A DNA stretch of 64,000 nt from the NCBI GenBank assembly GCA_963725865.1, contig CAVSAC010000010.1, positions 1,024,001 through 1,088,000 of the forward strand, read 5' to 3'. This DNA is from Candidatus Eiseniibacteriota bacterium (GTDB lineage: Bacteria > Eisenbacteria > RBG-16-71-46). Of the stretch, positions 50,807 to 60,306 are shown one piece after another (positions within the stretch are counted from its first letter, which is position 1; each line of letters begins with the position of its first letter). Below the pieces are notes generated by a model. That model saw only the letters and a list, made by a program, of their open reading frames with translations, had not been told where the DNA came from and searched no databases. The translations under genes and the position numbers were made by a program.

Positions 50807-52519
50807 ATGGCCAGTCACCCGCACACGGCGACGCACGCGGACGCGCACGCCGCACACCATTCGCAGTCGTTCTTCCAGAAGTACCTGTGGTCCACCGACC
50901 ATAAGGTCATCGCCATGCAGTACATGTTCACCGGCATGGCGATGGCGCTGATCGGCGGCTTCTTCGCCTACGTGTTCCGCATGCAGCTCGCCTTCCCGGG
51001 CAACTCGGTGCCGGGGTTCGGACACGTCTCGCCGGGCGAGTACAACATGCTGATCACCAACCACGGCAGCATCATGATCTTCTGGGTGGCGATGCCGGTG
51101 CTGATCGCAGCGTTCGGCAACTACCTGATCCCGCTCATGTGCGGCGCGGACGACATGGTGTTCCCGCGCCTGAACCGGCTCAGCTACCAGCTGTTCCTGC
51201 TCAGCGTGCTGGTGCTGATCGCGTCGCTGTTCGTGCAGGGCGGCGGCTTCGGCGGCGCGTGGACCGCGTACCCGCCGCTGTCCGCGATGAAGCAGTACAA
51301 CCTCACGCCCTACGGCGCATCAATGTGGGTGATCGCGGTGGCCATCGAGTTCGTCGCGTTCCTGCTCGGCGGCATCAACTTCATCGTCACCGCCATGAAC
51401 TCGCGGGCGCCCGGCATGAAGGCGTTCGACGTGCCGCTCGTGGTGTGGATGATCGTGGTCGCCAGCCTGCTGTTCATGGCCTCGGTCGGCCCGCTCATCG
51501 CCGGCGCGGTGATGCTGCTGTTCGACCAACTCCTCGGCACCGGCTTCTTCAACCCGGCGCGCGGCGGTGATCCGATCCTGTGGCAGCACCTGTTCTGGTT
51601 CTTCGGACACCCCGAGGTGTACGTGGTGCTGCTGCCCGCGATGGGCATCGTGGCCGAGGTGATCACGGTATTCGCGCGCAAGAAGATGTTCGGCTACAAG
51701 ACGGTCATCTACACGGTCATCGCGACGGGCATCCTGAGCTTCTTCGTGTGGGCGCACCACCAGTTCGTCGCCGGCATCGACCCGCGCATGGCGAACATCT
51801 TCACCGTCACGACGGTGCTCATCTCGATCCCGATCGCGGAGATGCTGTTCCTCTACATCGCCACACTCTATGGCGGCGCGATCCGGCTCGAGACGCCGAT
51901 GCTGTGGGCGCTCGGCTTCCTCGGCGAGTTCCTGATCGGCGGCGCGACCGGCATCTACCTGGGCGCGAGCGGAGCGGACATCTTCTTCCACGACACCTAT
52001 TTCGTCGTCGCCCACTTCCACTACACGTTCTTCCCGATCGCGATCATCGCGGTGTTCTCGGGGATCACCTACTGGTTCCCCAAGATGTTCGGCCGGCATC
52101 TCAACGAGACGCAGGGCAAGATCCACTTCTGGGGCACGATCATCCCGTTCAACTTCATCTTCATCCCGATGTTCGTGCTGGGGCTGGGCGGCGAGCACCG
52201 GCGCATCTACGACTACACGCAGTTCCCGGAACTGGCGACCCCCTTCATGCAGGGGCTGCGCATCACGGCCACGGTCGCGCTGGTCGTGATGCTCCTGTTC
52301 CAGTTCATCTTCATCTACAACTTCATCTCGAGCCTGATCCGCGGACGCCGGGCGGAGAAGAACCCGTGGAACGCGAACACGCTCGAGTGGACGGCCGACT
52401 CGCCGCCGCCGCACGGCAACTGGGCGCCGAACGAGATGCCGACCGTTTACCGCGGACCGTACGAGTACAGCACCCCGGGCCGGGCGACGGACTACTGGCC
52501 CCAGAACGAGAAAGGCTGA
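50807..52519 (+). CDS. coxA: Heme-copper oxidase subunit I (A-family, atypical K-channel)
   Basis: STDHK, NHGSIM, WTAYPPL, WFFGHPEVY, WAHH, HDTYFVVAHFHY, HRRI. Confidence 0.94.
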   Translation: MASHPHTATHADAHAAHHSQSFFQKYLWSTDHKVIAMQYMFTGMAMALIGGFFAYVFRMQLAFPGNSVPGFGHVSPGEYNMLITNHGSIMIFWVAMPVLIAAFGNYLIPLMCGADDMVFPRLNRLSYQLFLLSVLVLIASLFVQGGGFGGAWTAYPPLSAMKQYNLTPYGASMWVIAVAIEFVAFLLGGINFIVTAMNSRAPGMKAFDVPLVVWMIVVASLLFMASVGPLIAGAVMLLFDQLLGTGFFNPARGGDPILWQHLFWFFGHPEVYVVLLPAMGIVAEVITVFARKKMFGYKTVIYTVIATGILSFFVWAHHQFVAGIDPRMANIFTVTTVLISIPIAEMLFLYIATLYGGAIRLETPMLWALGFLGEFLIGGATGIYLGASGADIFFHDTYFVVAHFHYTFFPIAIIAVFSGITYWFPKMFGRHLNETQGKIHFWGTIIPFNFIFIPMFVLGLGGEHRRIYDYTQFPELATPFMQGLRITATVALVVMLLFQFIFIYNFISSLIRGRRAEKNPWNANTLEWTADSPPPHGNWAPNEMPTVYRGPYEYSTPGRATDYWPQNEKG

Positions 52520-52528
52520 GAGGAGCGG

Positions 52529-53107
52529 ATGAGCGCGACCAAGACCATCGCCACCACGCGCAGCGCGACGGGTGTCCCCACCGGCCGGCTGGCCGTGTGG
52601 TGGGTCATCGTCTCCGAGATCGTGATCTTCGGCGGCCTGCTCGTCTCGTACGTGATGAACCGCATCGCGCACCTCGAGTTCGCCGAGCAGGCCGCGCACA
52701 CCAACACCTGGATCGGCGCGTTCAACACGTTCGTGCTGCTCACGTCGAGCCTGTTCGCGGTGCTCGCGCACCGAGCCGCCGAGCAGGGCGACGGCCCGAA
52801 GGCGGCGCGGCTCTTGTGGTGCACGATCGCCGGCGGCGGCACGTTCCTGATCGTGAAGTCGTTCGAGTGGACGCACGAGATCCGCGAGGGCTTCACCATC
52901 CAGTCGGGTGGATTCTGGTCCTACTACTACACGGTCGCCGGCCTGCACGCATTCCACGTCATCGCCGGCATGGCCCTCATGGCCTGGGTCGCGGGCACTG
53001 CGGCGCGCAACGAGGAACTGCACCGCGTGGAGAACGTGGGCATCTACTGGCACTTCGTCGACATCGTCTGGATCTTCCTGTTCCCCCTGCTCTACATCGC
53101 CAAGTAG
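52529..53107 (+). CDS. Cytochrome c oxidase subunit III-like
   Basis: SEIVIFGGL, NTFVLLTSS, GLHAFHV, YWHFVDIVWIFLFPLLY. Confidence 0.9.
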   Translation: MSATKTIATTRSATGVPTGRLAVWWVIVSEIVIFGGLLVSYVMNRIAHLEFAEQAAHTNTWIGAFNTFVLLTSSLFAVLAHRAAEQGDGPKAARLLWCTIAGGGTFLIVKSFEWTHEIREGFTIQSGGFWSYYYTVAGLHAFHVIAGMALMAWVAGTAARNEELHRVENVGIYWHFVDIVWIFLFPLLYIAK

Positions 53108-53120
53108 CCTGGAGGCTCGC

Positions 53121-53498
53121 ATGTCGGACCACGCGCACGCGCACGCACCCGCGCACCACCGCAACTACGTCCGGATCTGGGCGATCCTGCTCGGACTCCT
53201 GATCGTCAGCGTGGTGGGCCCGATGGCCGGCATCCGGGTCCTCACGCTCGTCACCGCGTTCGGCATCGCGCTGGTCAAGGCCTACATGGTGGCGAAGAAC
53301 TTCATGCACCTCGATGTCGAGAAGCCGATCGTGCACTGGGTGCTCGGGGTCGCGCTCGCACTCCTGGTGCTGCTCTACGCGGGCGTGGCGCCGGACGCCC
53401 AGAAGCACTCCGGGACGCACTGGCAGAAGACCTACGTGCCGCAACGGAGCGCGCCGGCCGAGCACGGCGCCGCGGGCCATGACATCGGCACGCGTTGA
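53121..53498 (+). CDS. Cytochrome c oxidase subunit IV family
   Basis: GGAGG RBS; IALVKAYMVAKNFMHL; three TM segments. Confidence 0.82.
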   Translation: MSDHAHAHAPAHHRNYVRIWAILLGLLIVSVVGPMAGIRVLTLVTAFGIALVKAYMVAKNFMHLDVEKPIVHWVLGVALALLVLLYAGVAPDAQKHSGTHWQKTYVPQRSAPAEHGAAGHDIGTR

Positions 53499-54075
53499 CC
53501 ACCTCGCGGTGCCCGCGGCGCAGCGTCGCGGCTTCACCGACCACGGCCTGCTCGGCATGGCCCTGTTCGTGTTCACCGAGGTCATGCTGTTCGCCGCGTT
53601 CATCAGCGGCTACGTCATCGTGCGCAACGGCGCGCTCCCGGGCGCCTGGCCGCCGCCGCACCAGCCGCGCCTGCCGTTCGCGCAGACCAGCGTCCACACC
53701 GCGGCGCTGCTCGCCAGCGGCGTTCTGCTGGTGCTGGCCCAGCGCGCCGCCCGCGCGCGCGGACTGGCGGCCGCCGAGCGGCCGCTGCTGGGCGCGCTGG
53801 TGCTGGGGGTGTACTTCGTGGCCGCGCAGGGCGTCGAGTGGGCGGCCCTGCTGCGCGAGGGACTCACGATCACGTCGAGCCAGGTGGGGTCGTTCTTCTA
53901 CGTGATCGTCGGGGCACACGCGCTGCACGCGATCGCGGCGATCGTGGCGCTCGCGGTGTGCTGGGTGCAACTGCGCGCGGGCCGGCTCAAGCCGTCCGTG
54001 TTCGGCACCACCCAGCTGTTCTGGTACTTCGTCGTGCTGGTGTGGCCCGCGCTCTTTCTGGTGGTGTACCGGTGA
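53479..54075 (+). CDS. Second cytochrome c oxidase subunit III-like protein
   Basis: TEVMLFAAF, GAHALH, FWYFVVLVWP. Confidence 0.85.
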   Translation: MTSARVDHLAVPAAQRRGFTDHGLLGMALFVFTEVMLFAAFISGYVIVRNGALPGAWPPPHQPRLPFAQTSVHTAALLASGVLLVLAQRAARARGLAAAERPLLGALVLGVYFVAAQGVEWAALLREGLTITSSQVGSFFYVIVGAHALHAIAAIVALAVCWVQLRAGRLKPSVFGTTQLFWYFVVLVWPALFLVVYR

Positions 54076-54326
54076 GGCGCGCGCTGGCGGTGGTGCTCGG
54101 CCTGCTGGCCCCGGCGGCGGCCCGTGCCTGCGCGGTGTGCGGACTGATCGGCGATCCGAACCGCGGCTCGTTCTTCTGGACCATGGTGCTGCTCAGCCTG
54201 CTGCCGCTCGGCATGTTCGTGGGCGGTGTGCTGTTCCTGCGTCACGCCATGCGCGCGCGGCTGCCGGACGAGTTCGCCGACCCCGACGCGGCGCGTCCGT
54301 CCCCCGAATCGACTCCGGACGCCTGA
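54072..54326 (+). CDS. Small CxxC membrane protein, possible copper-assembly factor
   Basis: GTGA overlap; signal peptide then CAVC, then one TM helix. Confidence 0.6.
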   Translation: MRRALAVVLGLLAPAAARACAVCGLIGDPNRGSFFWTMVLLSLLPLGMFVGGVLFLRHAMRARLPDEFADPDAARPSPESTPDA

Positions 54327-54339
54327 GTCCCGGCCGCGC

Positions 54340-54822
54340 TCACCGCTCGCGGACCGGCACCCACACCGTCGTCTCGGGGTGCTGCGCGAACCGCAGCGTC
54401 AACGCCAGCGTCTCGCCCGCGACCAGCGGTCTCGCCAGGCCCGTCAGCATGACGTGGTGCGAGCCGGGCTCGAACACCAGCGGCCGTCCCGGCGCCAGCG
54501 GCAGCGTGCTGACCGGCCGCATCGACCGCCGTCCGGCCGGATCGACGACCACCTCGTGGACCTCCGCGCCCGCCGCCACCGCCGGCGGCACCCGGGCGCC
54601 GAGCAGCGTGTCGGCCTCCGAGTCACGCAGCGTGAGATAGGCGGCACCGTTGGTGACTCCCGCGGGGCTCGCGCGCGCCCAGGGCGCGTCGATCGCGAGG
54701 CCCGGGGCAGCGGCGGACGCCGGCGGGGACGCCGACCCCGCGCCCTCGTGACTCGGGCCGCAGCCGGACGCGAGCGCGCTCAGCGCGAGCAGGAACGGCA
54801 GGGCGATCGGGCGTGCGCTCAT
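54340..54822 (-). CDS. PCuAC copper chaperone lipoprotein
   Basis: LASGC, PWARAS..GAAYL, EVHE..SMRPV, PGSHHVML. Confidence 0.88.
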   Translation of the reverse strand: MSARPIALPFLLALSALASGCGPSHEGAGSASPPASAAAPGLAIDAPWARASPAGVTNGAAYLTLRDSEADTLLGARVPPAVAAGAEVHEVVVDPAGRRSMRPVSTLPLAPGRPLVFEPGSHHVMLTGLARPLVAGETLALTLRFAQHPETTVWVPVRER

Positions 54823-55427
54823 CGGGGTCGGGCCGCGCTGCGATGGAGGAACCACCGGATGTCGTGCACGAGGTCGTCGGGATGGACGCCGAAGTCCCAT
54901 TGCACCAGCACCTCGCCGCGCTCGTCGACCAGGTACGCCAGCGAGGTGTGGGCCACCTGGATCTCGCCGCTCGCGAGCTTGACCACCCGCGAGGTGGCGC
55001 CGAAGGCGACCTCGGCCTGACCGAGCTGCGACTGGGTCGCGGGCCGCAGCGGATGCCCGCCCGCCACGAACGACGCCAGGTAGGGCGCCAGAACCGCGGC
55101 GGTGTCGCGCGCCGGATCGACCGTGACGAACGCCACGTCGACTCGCTGCGCGTCCCCGCGCAGCCGGCGCAGCGCCTGGCTCAGGTCCGCGAGCGTGGTG
55201 GGGCAGATGTCGGGACAGCTCACGTAGCCGAAGTACACGTAGAGCAGGTGCCCGGGACGGGCGCGCAAGGTGAACGGCTGGTCGGGTGCTCCGGGGCGCA
55301 CCTCGGGCAGCTCGATCGCCGCGACGTTCGTCGGTTGGGGCGGCACCTGGCCGAGGGGCCGCGCGCGCTCGGCGCCCGCACCACAGCCCGACAGCAGCAA
55401 GACGGCGGCCAGGAGCATCGGGGTCAT
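54819..55427 (-). CDS. SCO1/SenC family copper protein
   Basis: LLSGC, YFGYVSCPDICPTTL, VTVDPARD, AHTS. Confidence 0.9.
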   Translation of the reverse strand: MTPMLLAAVLLLSGCGAGAERARPLGQVPPQPTNVAAIELPEVRPGAPDQPFTLRARPGHLLYVYFGYVSCPDICPTTLADLSQALRRLRGDAQRVDVAFVTVDPARDTAAVLAPYLASFVAGGHPLRPATQSQLGQAEVAFGATSRVVKLASGEIQVAHTSLAYLVDERGEVLVQWDFGVHPDDLVHDIRWFLHRSAARPR

Positions 55428-55542
55428 CCGATGCGAGCAGGTACGGCGCCGGCGGATGGGACGGACGAATGTCACGGTGCGCGGACCATAGCACGCCGCC
55501 CGCACGCCAAGGGTCGCCCGGGGAGGCCACGGGACGGAGTGC

Positions 55543-56739
55543 TCAACGGCCCCGCACGTGACGCACCTGCGCGATCACCCGATCGAGCACTCCGGAGAGG
55601 ACATCGAGCACCACCTGCGGGGCGTGGTGCGCCTCGGCGTAATTGCGCGCGCGCGCGCCGGCTGCGCGGCGCGCGGCGGGGTCGGCCATCCACCCACGTA
55701 CCGAGTCGACCAGGGTCGCGTAGTCGCCAGCGAAGGCCCCCAGCCCCGCACGCGTGACCAGACCGTCCGGGTTCACGCACGAGACGGTCGGCAGGCCCGC
55801 AGCCCATGCCTCGAGCAGCGAGTTCGAGAACCCCTCCAGCGGCGAGGTGTGCACCAGCAGGGACGCGCGCCGTCGCAGCGCCACCACCGCTTCCTCCGGC
55901 AGAAAGCCGTGCACCTCGAGGTTCGGGATGTCGCGCGCGGCCTGCTGCGCCGCGTCCCAGACCCCCCGCGTCAGCGGCGGCGGCGGTACCACCCCCGCCA
56001 TCACGAAGCGGTACTGCGGCAGCTCGCGCGCGAGGGCCAGGAACCACTCGGGCCGCTTGGTGCGCTTGTAGGTGGCGAGCCAGAGCACGATCCCGTCCTG
56101 CCCCGGATCGACCGGCTGCGGCGGGATGTCGACGATGTTCGGCAGCAGCTCGCTCGCGACACCGTACTCATCGCGCAAGTGGTCGCGCTGGAACTCGGTC
56201 TGCGACAGCACCTGGTCGGCGTGGCGCAACGCACGCTCGTACCACCGCCGGTGGGTGACCCCGACGTTGGGCGGCGGGCGCCGGACCACGTCGTGGTCGG
56301 TCATCATCGCGAGCACGAATCCCGCGCCGCGCAGCCTCGCCACGTCGGACGTCAACCCGGCCGGCATGCCGGAGCCGCACACGTAGTAGGCCTCGGCATT
56401 CGCCCGCCACAGGCCCGCCGTGGCGAGCGTCAGCCGGGGGTGAAAGAAGCGCAGCACGCGCACCCCGCGGCGAGGCCGGAACGTGCGCAGGACGGTGACG
56501 CCGTCCACCACCTCCACCGGCCGCTGACCGAAGTCGCACGTCACCAGCGTCACGTCGTACTCGCGCGTGGCCAGGCCGCGGGCCAGCCGGGCGACCAGCG
56601 CCTCGGAGCCGCCGGCGAACTCGTCCGGCGTGCGGGCGAGCAGCGGGTAGGCGTATTCGGAGTAGAAACAGACCCGCCCGCGCCCCTTCACGGGCGCGGA
56701 GTCCAGTAGCCCTGTGGGTGGTGGTGCGGGGGTGGTCAT
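55543..56739 (-). CDS. Glycosyltransferase family 4
   Basis: [29 protein letters not shown]; start approximate. Confidence 0.88.
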   Translation of the reverse strand: MTTPAPPPTGLLDSAPVKGRGRVCFYSEYAYPLLARTPDEFAGGSEALVARLARGLATREYDVTLVTCDFGQRPVEVVDGVTVLRTFRPRRGVRVLRFFHPRLTLATAGLWRANAEAYYVCGSGMPAGLTSDVARLRGAGFVLAMMTDHDVVRRPPPNVGVTHRRWYERALRHADQVLSQTEFQRDHLRDEYGVASELLPNIVDIPPQPVDPGQDGIVLWLATYKRTKRPEWFLALARELPQYRFVMAGVVPPPPLTRGVWDAAQQAARDIPNLEVHGFLPEEAVVALRRRASLLVHTSPLEGFSNSLLEAWAAGLPTVSCVNPDGLVTRAGLGAFAGDYATLVDSVRGWMADPAARRAAGARARNYAEAHHAPQVVLDVLSGVLDRVIAQVRHVRGR

Positions 56740-57020
56740 CTGGCGCGGAGTCGTCCTGCGGGCGGTGTGTGAGAGTCGAGCAGCCGACCCTACGCTGGCG
56801 TCGGCGACTCCGTCAAGAATCGCCCGTGGGCGGCCCGCGCGGGATCCGTCGCGGCCAGCAGGCGCCGGAATCCGGCCCCTTCGAGCCGCGGCCGAGCGGT
56901 GGGGATTGTCCAGCGGATGACCCCCGGGGAACGAGAACATGCTTGATTCTCGGGCGGATTACGCCGATAGTCCCTCCGTCTTCCGGTTGCCGTGGATGTG
57001 CTGCGAAGCGCCTTCGATTG

Positions 57021-57051
57021 CCGCCAGGTGGACCCTGGCGGTCTTTTTGTT
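57021..57051 (+). terminator. Terminator-like hairpin inside the csp leader
   Basis: CCGCCAGG-TGGAC-CCTGGCGG followed by TCTTTTTGTT. Confidence 0.6.
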
Positions 57052-57170
57052 GGGTCCTGCAGTCATCCGATGGTTCGGGGGCATCCGGTCAAGGTGACCG
57101 GTCCGCAGCCGTCGCGTATGGGCGGCACAGCACGGGACCCTCGGTCCCGAGCAATCCAAGGAGTAGAGCA

Positions 57171-57371
57171 GTGGCGAGTGGAACCGTGAAGTGGTTCAAC
57201 GAGGCGAAGGGATTCGGCTTCATCTCTCAGCAGGGTGGCGAGGACGTGTTCGTGCACTTCAGTGCCATCCAGGGCGAGGGCTTCAAGACCTTGGCCGAGG
57301 GCGAGAAGGTGGAGTTCGATGTGACCCGCGGGCCGAAGGGTCTCCAGGCCTCCAACGTTCGCAAGGCGTAG
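57171..57371 (+). CDS. Cold-shock protein (CspA family)
   Basis: GTG with [43 protein letters not shown]. Confidence 0.96.
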   Translation: MASGTVKWFNEAKGFGFISQQGGEDVFVHFSAIQGEGFKTLAEGEKVEFDVTRGPKGLQASNVRKA

Positions 57372-57400
57372 TTCGTCCGAGGTACCACCTCACGTCGCGG

Positions 57401-57429
57401 AGGCGGCGGGCACCAGCCCGCCGCCTTTC
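57401..57429 (+). terminator. Hairpin or terminator after csp
   Basis: AGGCGGCGGGC-ACCA-GCCCGCCGCCT-TTC. Confidence 0.6.
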
Positions 57430-57540
57430 GCACATCGAGCGCGCGAAACGCGCGCTGCCGACTCCTCGGCCGTTGGGCCCGCGCGGTCCCGCGCCCTCCC
57501 ATCCGGCCGAGCGACTTCCGTCATCGCACCAGGAGATCTC

Positions 57541-58971
57541 ATGTCGTTCACGTCCCTCGGGCTCCCCGCGTCCATCCTCCGTGGAGTGCGCGCGGCCGGA
57601 TACCGCGAGCCCACCCCGATCCAGAAGCGCGCCATCCCCATCATCCTGGAGGGCCGCGATCTCGTCGGTGCCGCCCAGACCGGCACCGGCAAGACCGCCG
57701 CGTTCATTCTCCCGCTGCTGGCGCGCCTGCTCGACGGCCCGCAGCGCCTGCGCGCGCTCGTGCTCTCCCCGACCCGCGAGCTGGCCGCGCAGGTCGAGAC
57801 CAACGCCCGCGACTACGCGCGATTCACCGACCTGCGCGTCGGCGTGGTGTTCGGTGGTGTGCCGATCGGCCCGCAGGAACGCATGCTGCGCAGCCAGGGC
57901 GTCGAGCTGCTGGTCGCGACCCCGGGGCGCCTGCTCGATCTGCAGGGTCGCCAGAGCGTGGCGCTCGACGAGGTCGAGATGCTGGTGCTCGACGAGGCCG
58001 ACCGCATGGTCGACATGGGCTTCGCCCCCGACCTCGGCCGCATCCTGCGGCTGCTGCCGAAGAACCGCCAGACGCTGATGTTCAGCGCCACCATGCCGCC
58101 CGACCTCAACAAGGTGGCGAGCCAGGCGCTGGTGGACCCGGTGCGCATCGATCTCGCGCCGCCGAGCCGCCCGGCCCCCGGCATCACGCAGGCGGTGTAC
58201 CCGGTGCCGCGCCACCTCAAGACCGACCTGCTCGACATCATGCTGACGAAGGACGAGGTCGGCAGCGTGATCGTGTTCTCGCGCACCAAGCACGGGGCCG
58301 ACCGGCTGGCGCGCCAGCTCCAGCGCCGCGGGCACTCGGTGGCTGCGCTCCATGGGGATCGCACGCAGGGCCAGCGCGAGCGCGCGCTCAGCGACCTGCG
58401 CCGCGGTCGCGTCCAGGTGCTGGTGGCGACCGACATCGCATCCCGCGGCCTCGACGTGGAGGGCATCTCGCACGTCATCAACTTCGACGTGCCGCGGGCC
58501 CCGGAGGACTACGTGCACCGCATCGGCCGCACCGGCCGCGTCGACGCCGTCGGCGACGCGTTCACTCTGATGTCGCCCGAGGAGCAGAAGGACCTGCAGG
58601 CGATCGAGCGCTTCCTCGGCAAGAGCATCCCGCGGGTGTTGCTGCCGGAGTTCGACTACAAGCGGCGCGCCGAGCCGCGACCCGAGGGCGAGCGCGACGT
58701 CCGCCCACCACGGCGCACCCCCGCCCCGCGCCCGGTCGTGCGCCGCATCGAGATCCTGCGCCCTGCCGGAGCCACGCGGCACGATGCCCCACGTCCCGCC
58801 CACAGCGCGGGCGGTCCGCCGCTCGCCCATCCGACGCACACCACCCCGCGCGCCGAGGCGCCCCGGCAGGAGCCCCCGCGTCCGGCCGCCGCGGCCTCCT
58901 CCGCCGACGACGGCTTCCAGGGCCGTCGCAAGCGCATCGTGCCGCCGGGCAAGGATCGTCGCCGGCGTTAG
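57541..58971 (+). CDS. DEAD-box RNA helicase (RhlE-like)
   Basis: Q motif PTPIQ, AQTGTGKT, PTRELA, TPGRL, DEAD, SAT, HRIGRTGR; Arg/Pro-rich tail. Confidence 0.95.
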   Translation: MSFTSLGLPASILRGVRAAGYREPTPIQKRAIPIILEGRDLVGAAQTGTGKTAAFILPLLARLLDGPQRLRALVLSPTRELAAQVETNARDYARFTDLRVGVVFGGVPIGPQERMLRSQGVELLVATPGRLLDLQGRQSVALDEVEMLVLDEADRMVDMGFAPDLGRILRLLPKNRQTLMFSATMPPDLNKVASQALVDPVRIDLAPPSRPAPGITQAVYPVPRHLKTDLLDIMLTKDEVGSVIVFSRTKHGADRLARQLQRRGHSVAALHGDRTQGQRERALSDLRRGRVQVLVATDIASRGLDVEGISHVINFDVPRAPEDYVHRIGRTGRVDAVGDAFTLMSPEEQKDLQAIERFLGKSIPRVLLPEFDYKRRAEPRPEGERDVRPPRRTPAPRPVVRRIEILRPAGATRHDAPRPAHSAGGPPLAHPTHTTPRAEAPRQEPPRPAAAASSADDGFQGRRKRIVPPGKDRRRR

Positions 58972-58981
58972 CCCCGCGCGC

Positions 58982-59401
58982 TCAGAGGTCGAGCACCAGG
59001 CGGCAGCGGCACGCGCCCGGCGCGAGCGTCAGCTCGAGCGCGTGGTGCGAGACCGCCTTGATCTCGCGCAGGAACACCTGACGGCGCGGGTCGCGCGGAA
59101 CGCCCTGCAGCACGGCCACGAGCGCGTGCTCGTCCAGCCGCTCGATCCGGCAGGCGATCCAGGTCGCGCCGCGCAGCTCGGCCTCGAGCAGCGCGGTGTT
59201 GAGCCAGTGCACGAGCAGATCGGCGGGGTCGCCGCCCGTGACCTCGACCCGCGCTTCGAGGCTCGGCGCCTGGGCGGGCGGCTCGATCACCTGCGCGAGC
59301 AGCGCCACGGCAGCCAGCGCGTGCAGCCGCTCGGGGCTGTCGGCCCACACCTCGAGCCCGAGGTCGGCGGTGTGCTCGAACGTGCTCCAGCCCTCGCCCA
59401 T
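58982..59401 (-). CDS. Archease
   Basis: FEHTADLGL, LLVHWLN, REIKAVSHH, LVLDL C-terminus. Confidence 0.88.
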   Translation of the reverse strand: MGEGWSTFEHTADLGLEVWADSPERLHALAAVALLAQVIEPPAQAPSLEARVEVTGGDPADLLVHWLNTALLEAELRGATWIACRIERLDEHALVAVLQGVPRDPRRQVFLREIKAVSHHALELTLAPGACRCRLVLDL

Positions 59402-59447
59402 GCGGGGCAGGATAGCAGCCCGACCGCGGCCGGCGTGCGCCGCGGGC

Positions 59448-60158
59448 TCACAGCATCTCGCGCGAGCGCAGGCTCACCACGCCGCGGGCGGCCACGATGA
59501 CGTGATCGAGCACGCCGATGCCGACCATCTCGCCGACCTGGACCAGGCGCTTCGTGATGCTGAGATCCTCCTCGCTCGGCTCCGGGTCGCCGCTCGGGTG
59601 GTTGTGCACCAGGATCACGCTCGCGGCCGAGTGCGTGATCGCCGGCAGGAACACCTCGCGGGGATGGACGATCGAGGCATTGAGGCTCCCCACCGATACC
59701 GTTTCGCGGGCCTGCATCTCGTGCCGGGCGTTGAGCAGCAGCACCACGAAGTGCTCCTTGCGCGCGCGCGCGAGGTCGCGCACCTGCGCCAGCACGTCGT
59801 CGGGACCTCGGATCGCGGGGCTCAGCAGCGGCCGTTCGGTCGCGCGCCGGCCGAGTTCGTACGCGGCGACCAGCGCCGCCGCACGCGCGAGCCCCACCCC
59901 GGGCACCCGCATCCAGCGCGCGCACGACCACGCGGCGAGCTCGGCGGGCGGACGCCGCGCCAGCGCGCGGCCGATCCGCAGCGCGCTGCGCCCGGGGGTG
60001 CCGGAACCCAGCACCAACGCGAGCAGCTCCGCGTCGGCGAGCGGCCCCGGGCCCAGCTCGCGCAGACGTTCGCGGGCGCGTGGGCGCGAGGCGGGAGTGG
60101 CGGACACGGGGTGCGTTGCGGGCAGCGACTCGGCTGCGGATGGGACGCGAGGCGCCAT
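59448..60158 (-). CDS. radC: RadC (JAB domain) protein
   Basis: RERL..LADAELLALVLGSG, GVGLARA, VHPREVF, HNHPSGDPEPSEED, LDHVIV; start approximate. Confidence 0.92.
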   Translation of the reverse strand: MAPRVPSAAESLPATHPVSATPASRPRARERLRELGPGPLADAELLALVLGSGTPGRSALRIGRALARRPPAELAAWSCARWMRVPGVGLARAAALVAAYELGRRATERPLLSPAIRGPDDVLAQVRDLARARKEHFVVLLLNARHEMQARETVSVGSLNASIVHPREVFLPAITHSAASVILVHNHPSGDPEPSEEDLSITKRLVQVGEMVGIGVLDHVIVAARGVVSLRSREML

Positions 60159-60306
60159 GACAGGCTCCGCGGGGGCGGGACGCGGGAACGGGCGCGAAGG
60201 GCAAGCGGGCGGGTGCCGGCGTTGAGCGGGGCGGCGGTCTCTGCGATAATCCCCGCCCGAGCTTCGACACGCGCGGCCGCGCGAGATGATCTCCTGAGAG
60301 GACTGC

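Noticed and set aside
50807..52519. Oxidase subunit I as a nitric oxide reductase
   Set aside because: The cross-linking Tyr in HPEVY and the D-channel residues are retained, which argues for an O2 reductase.
57541..59401. DEAD-box helicase plus archease as a eukaryote-like tRNA ligase complex
   Set aside because: The genes are convergent, RtcB is absent, and the helicase is adequately explained by linkage to csp.
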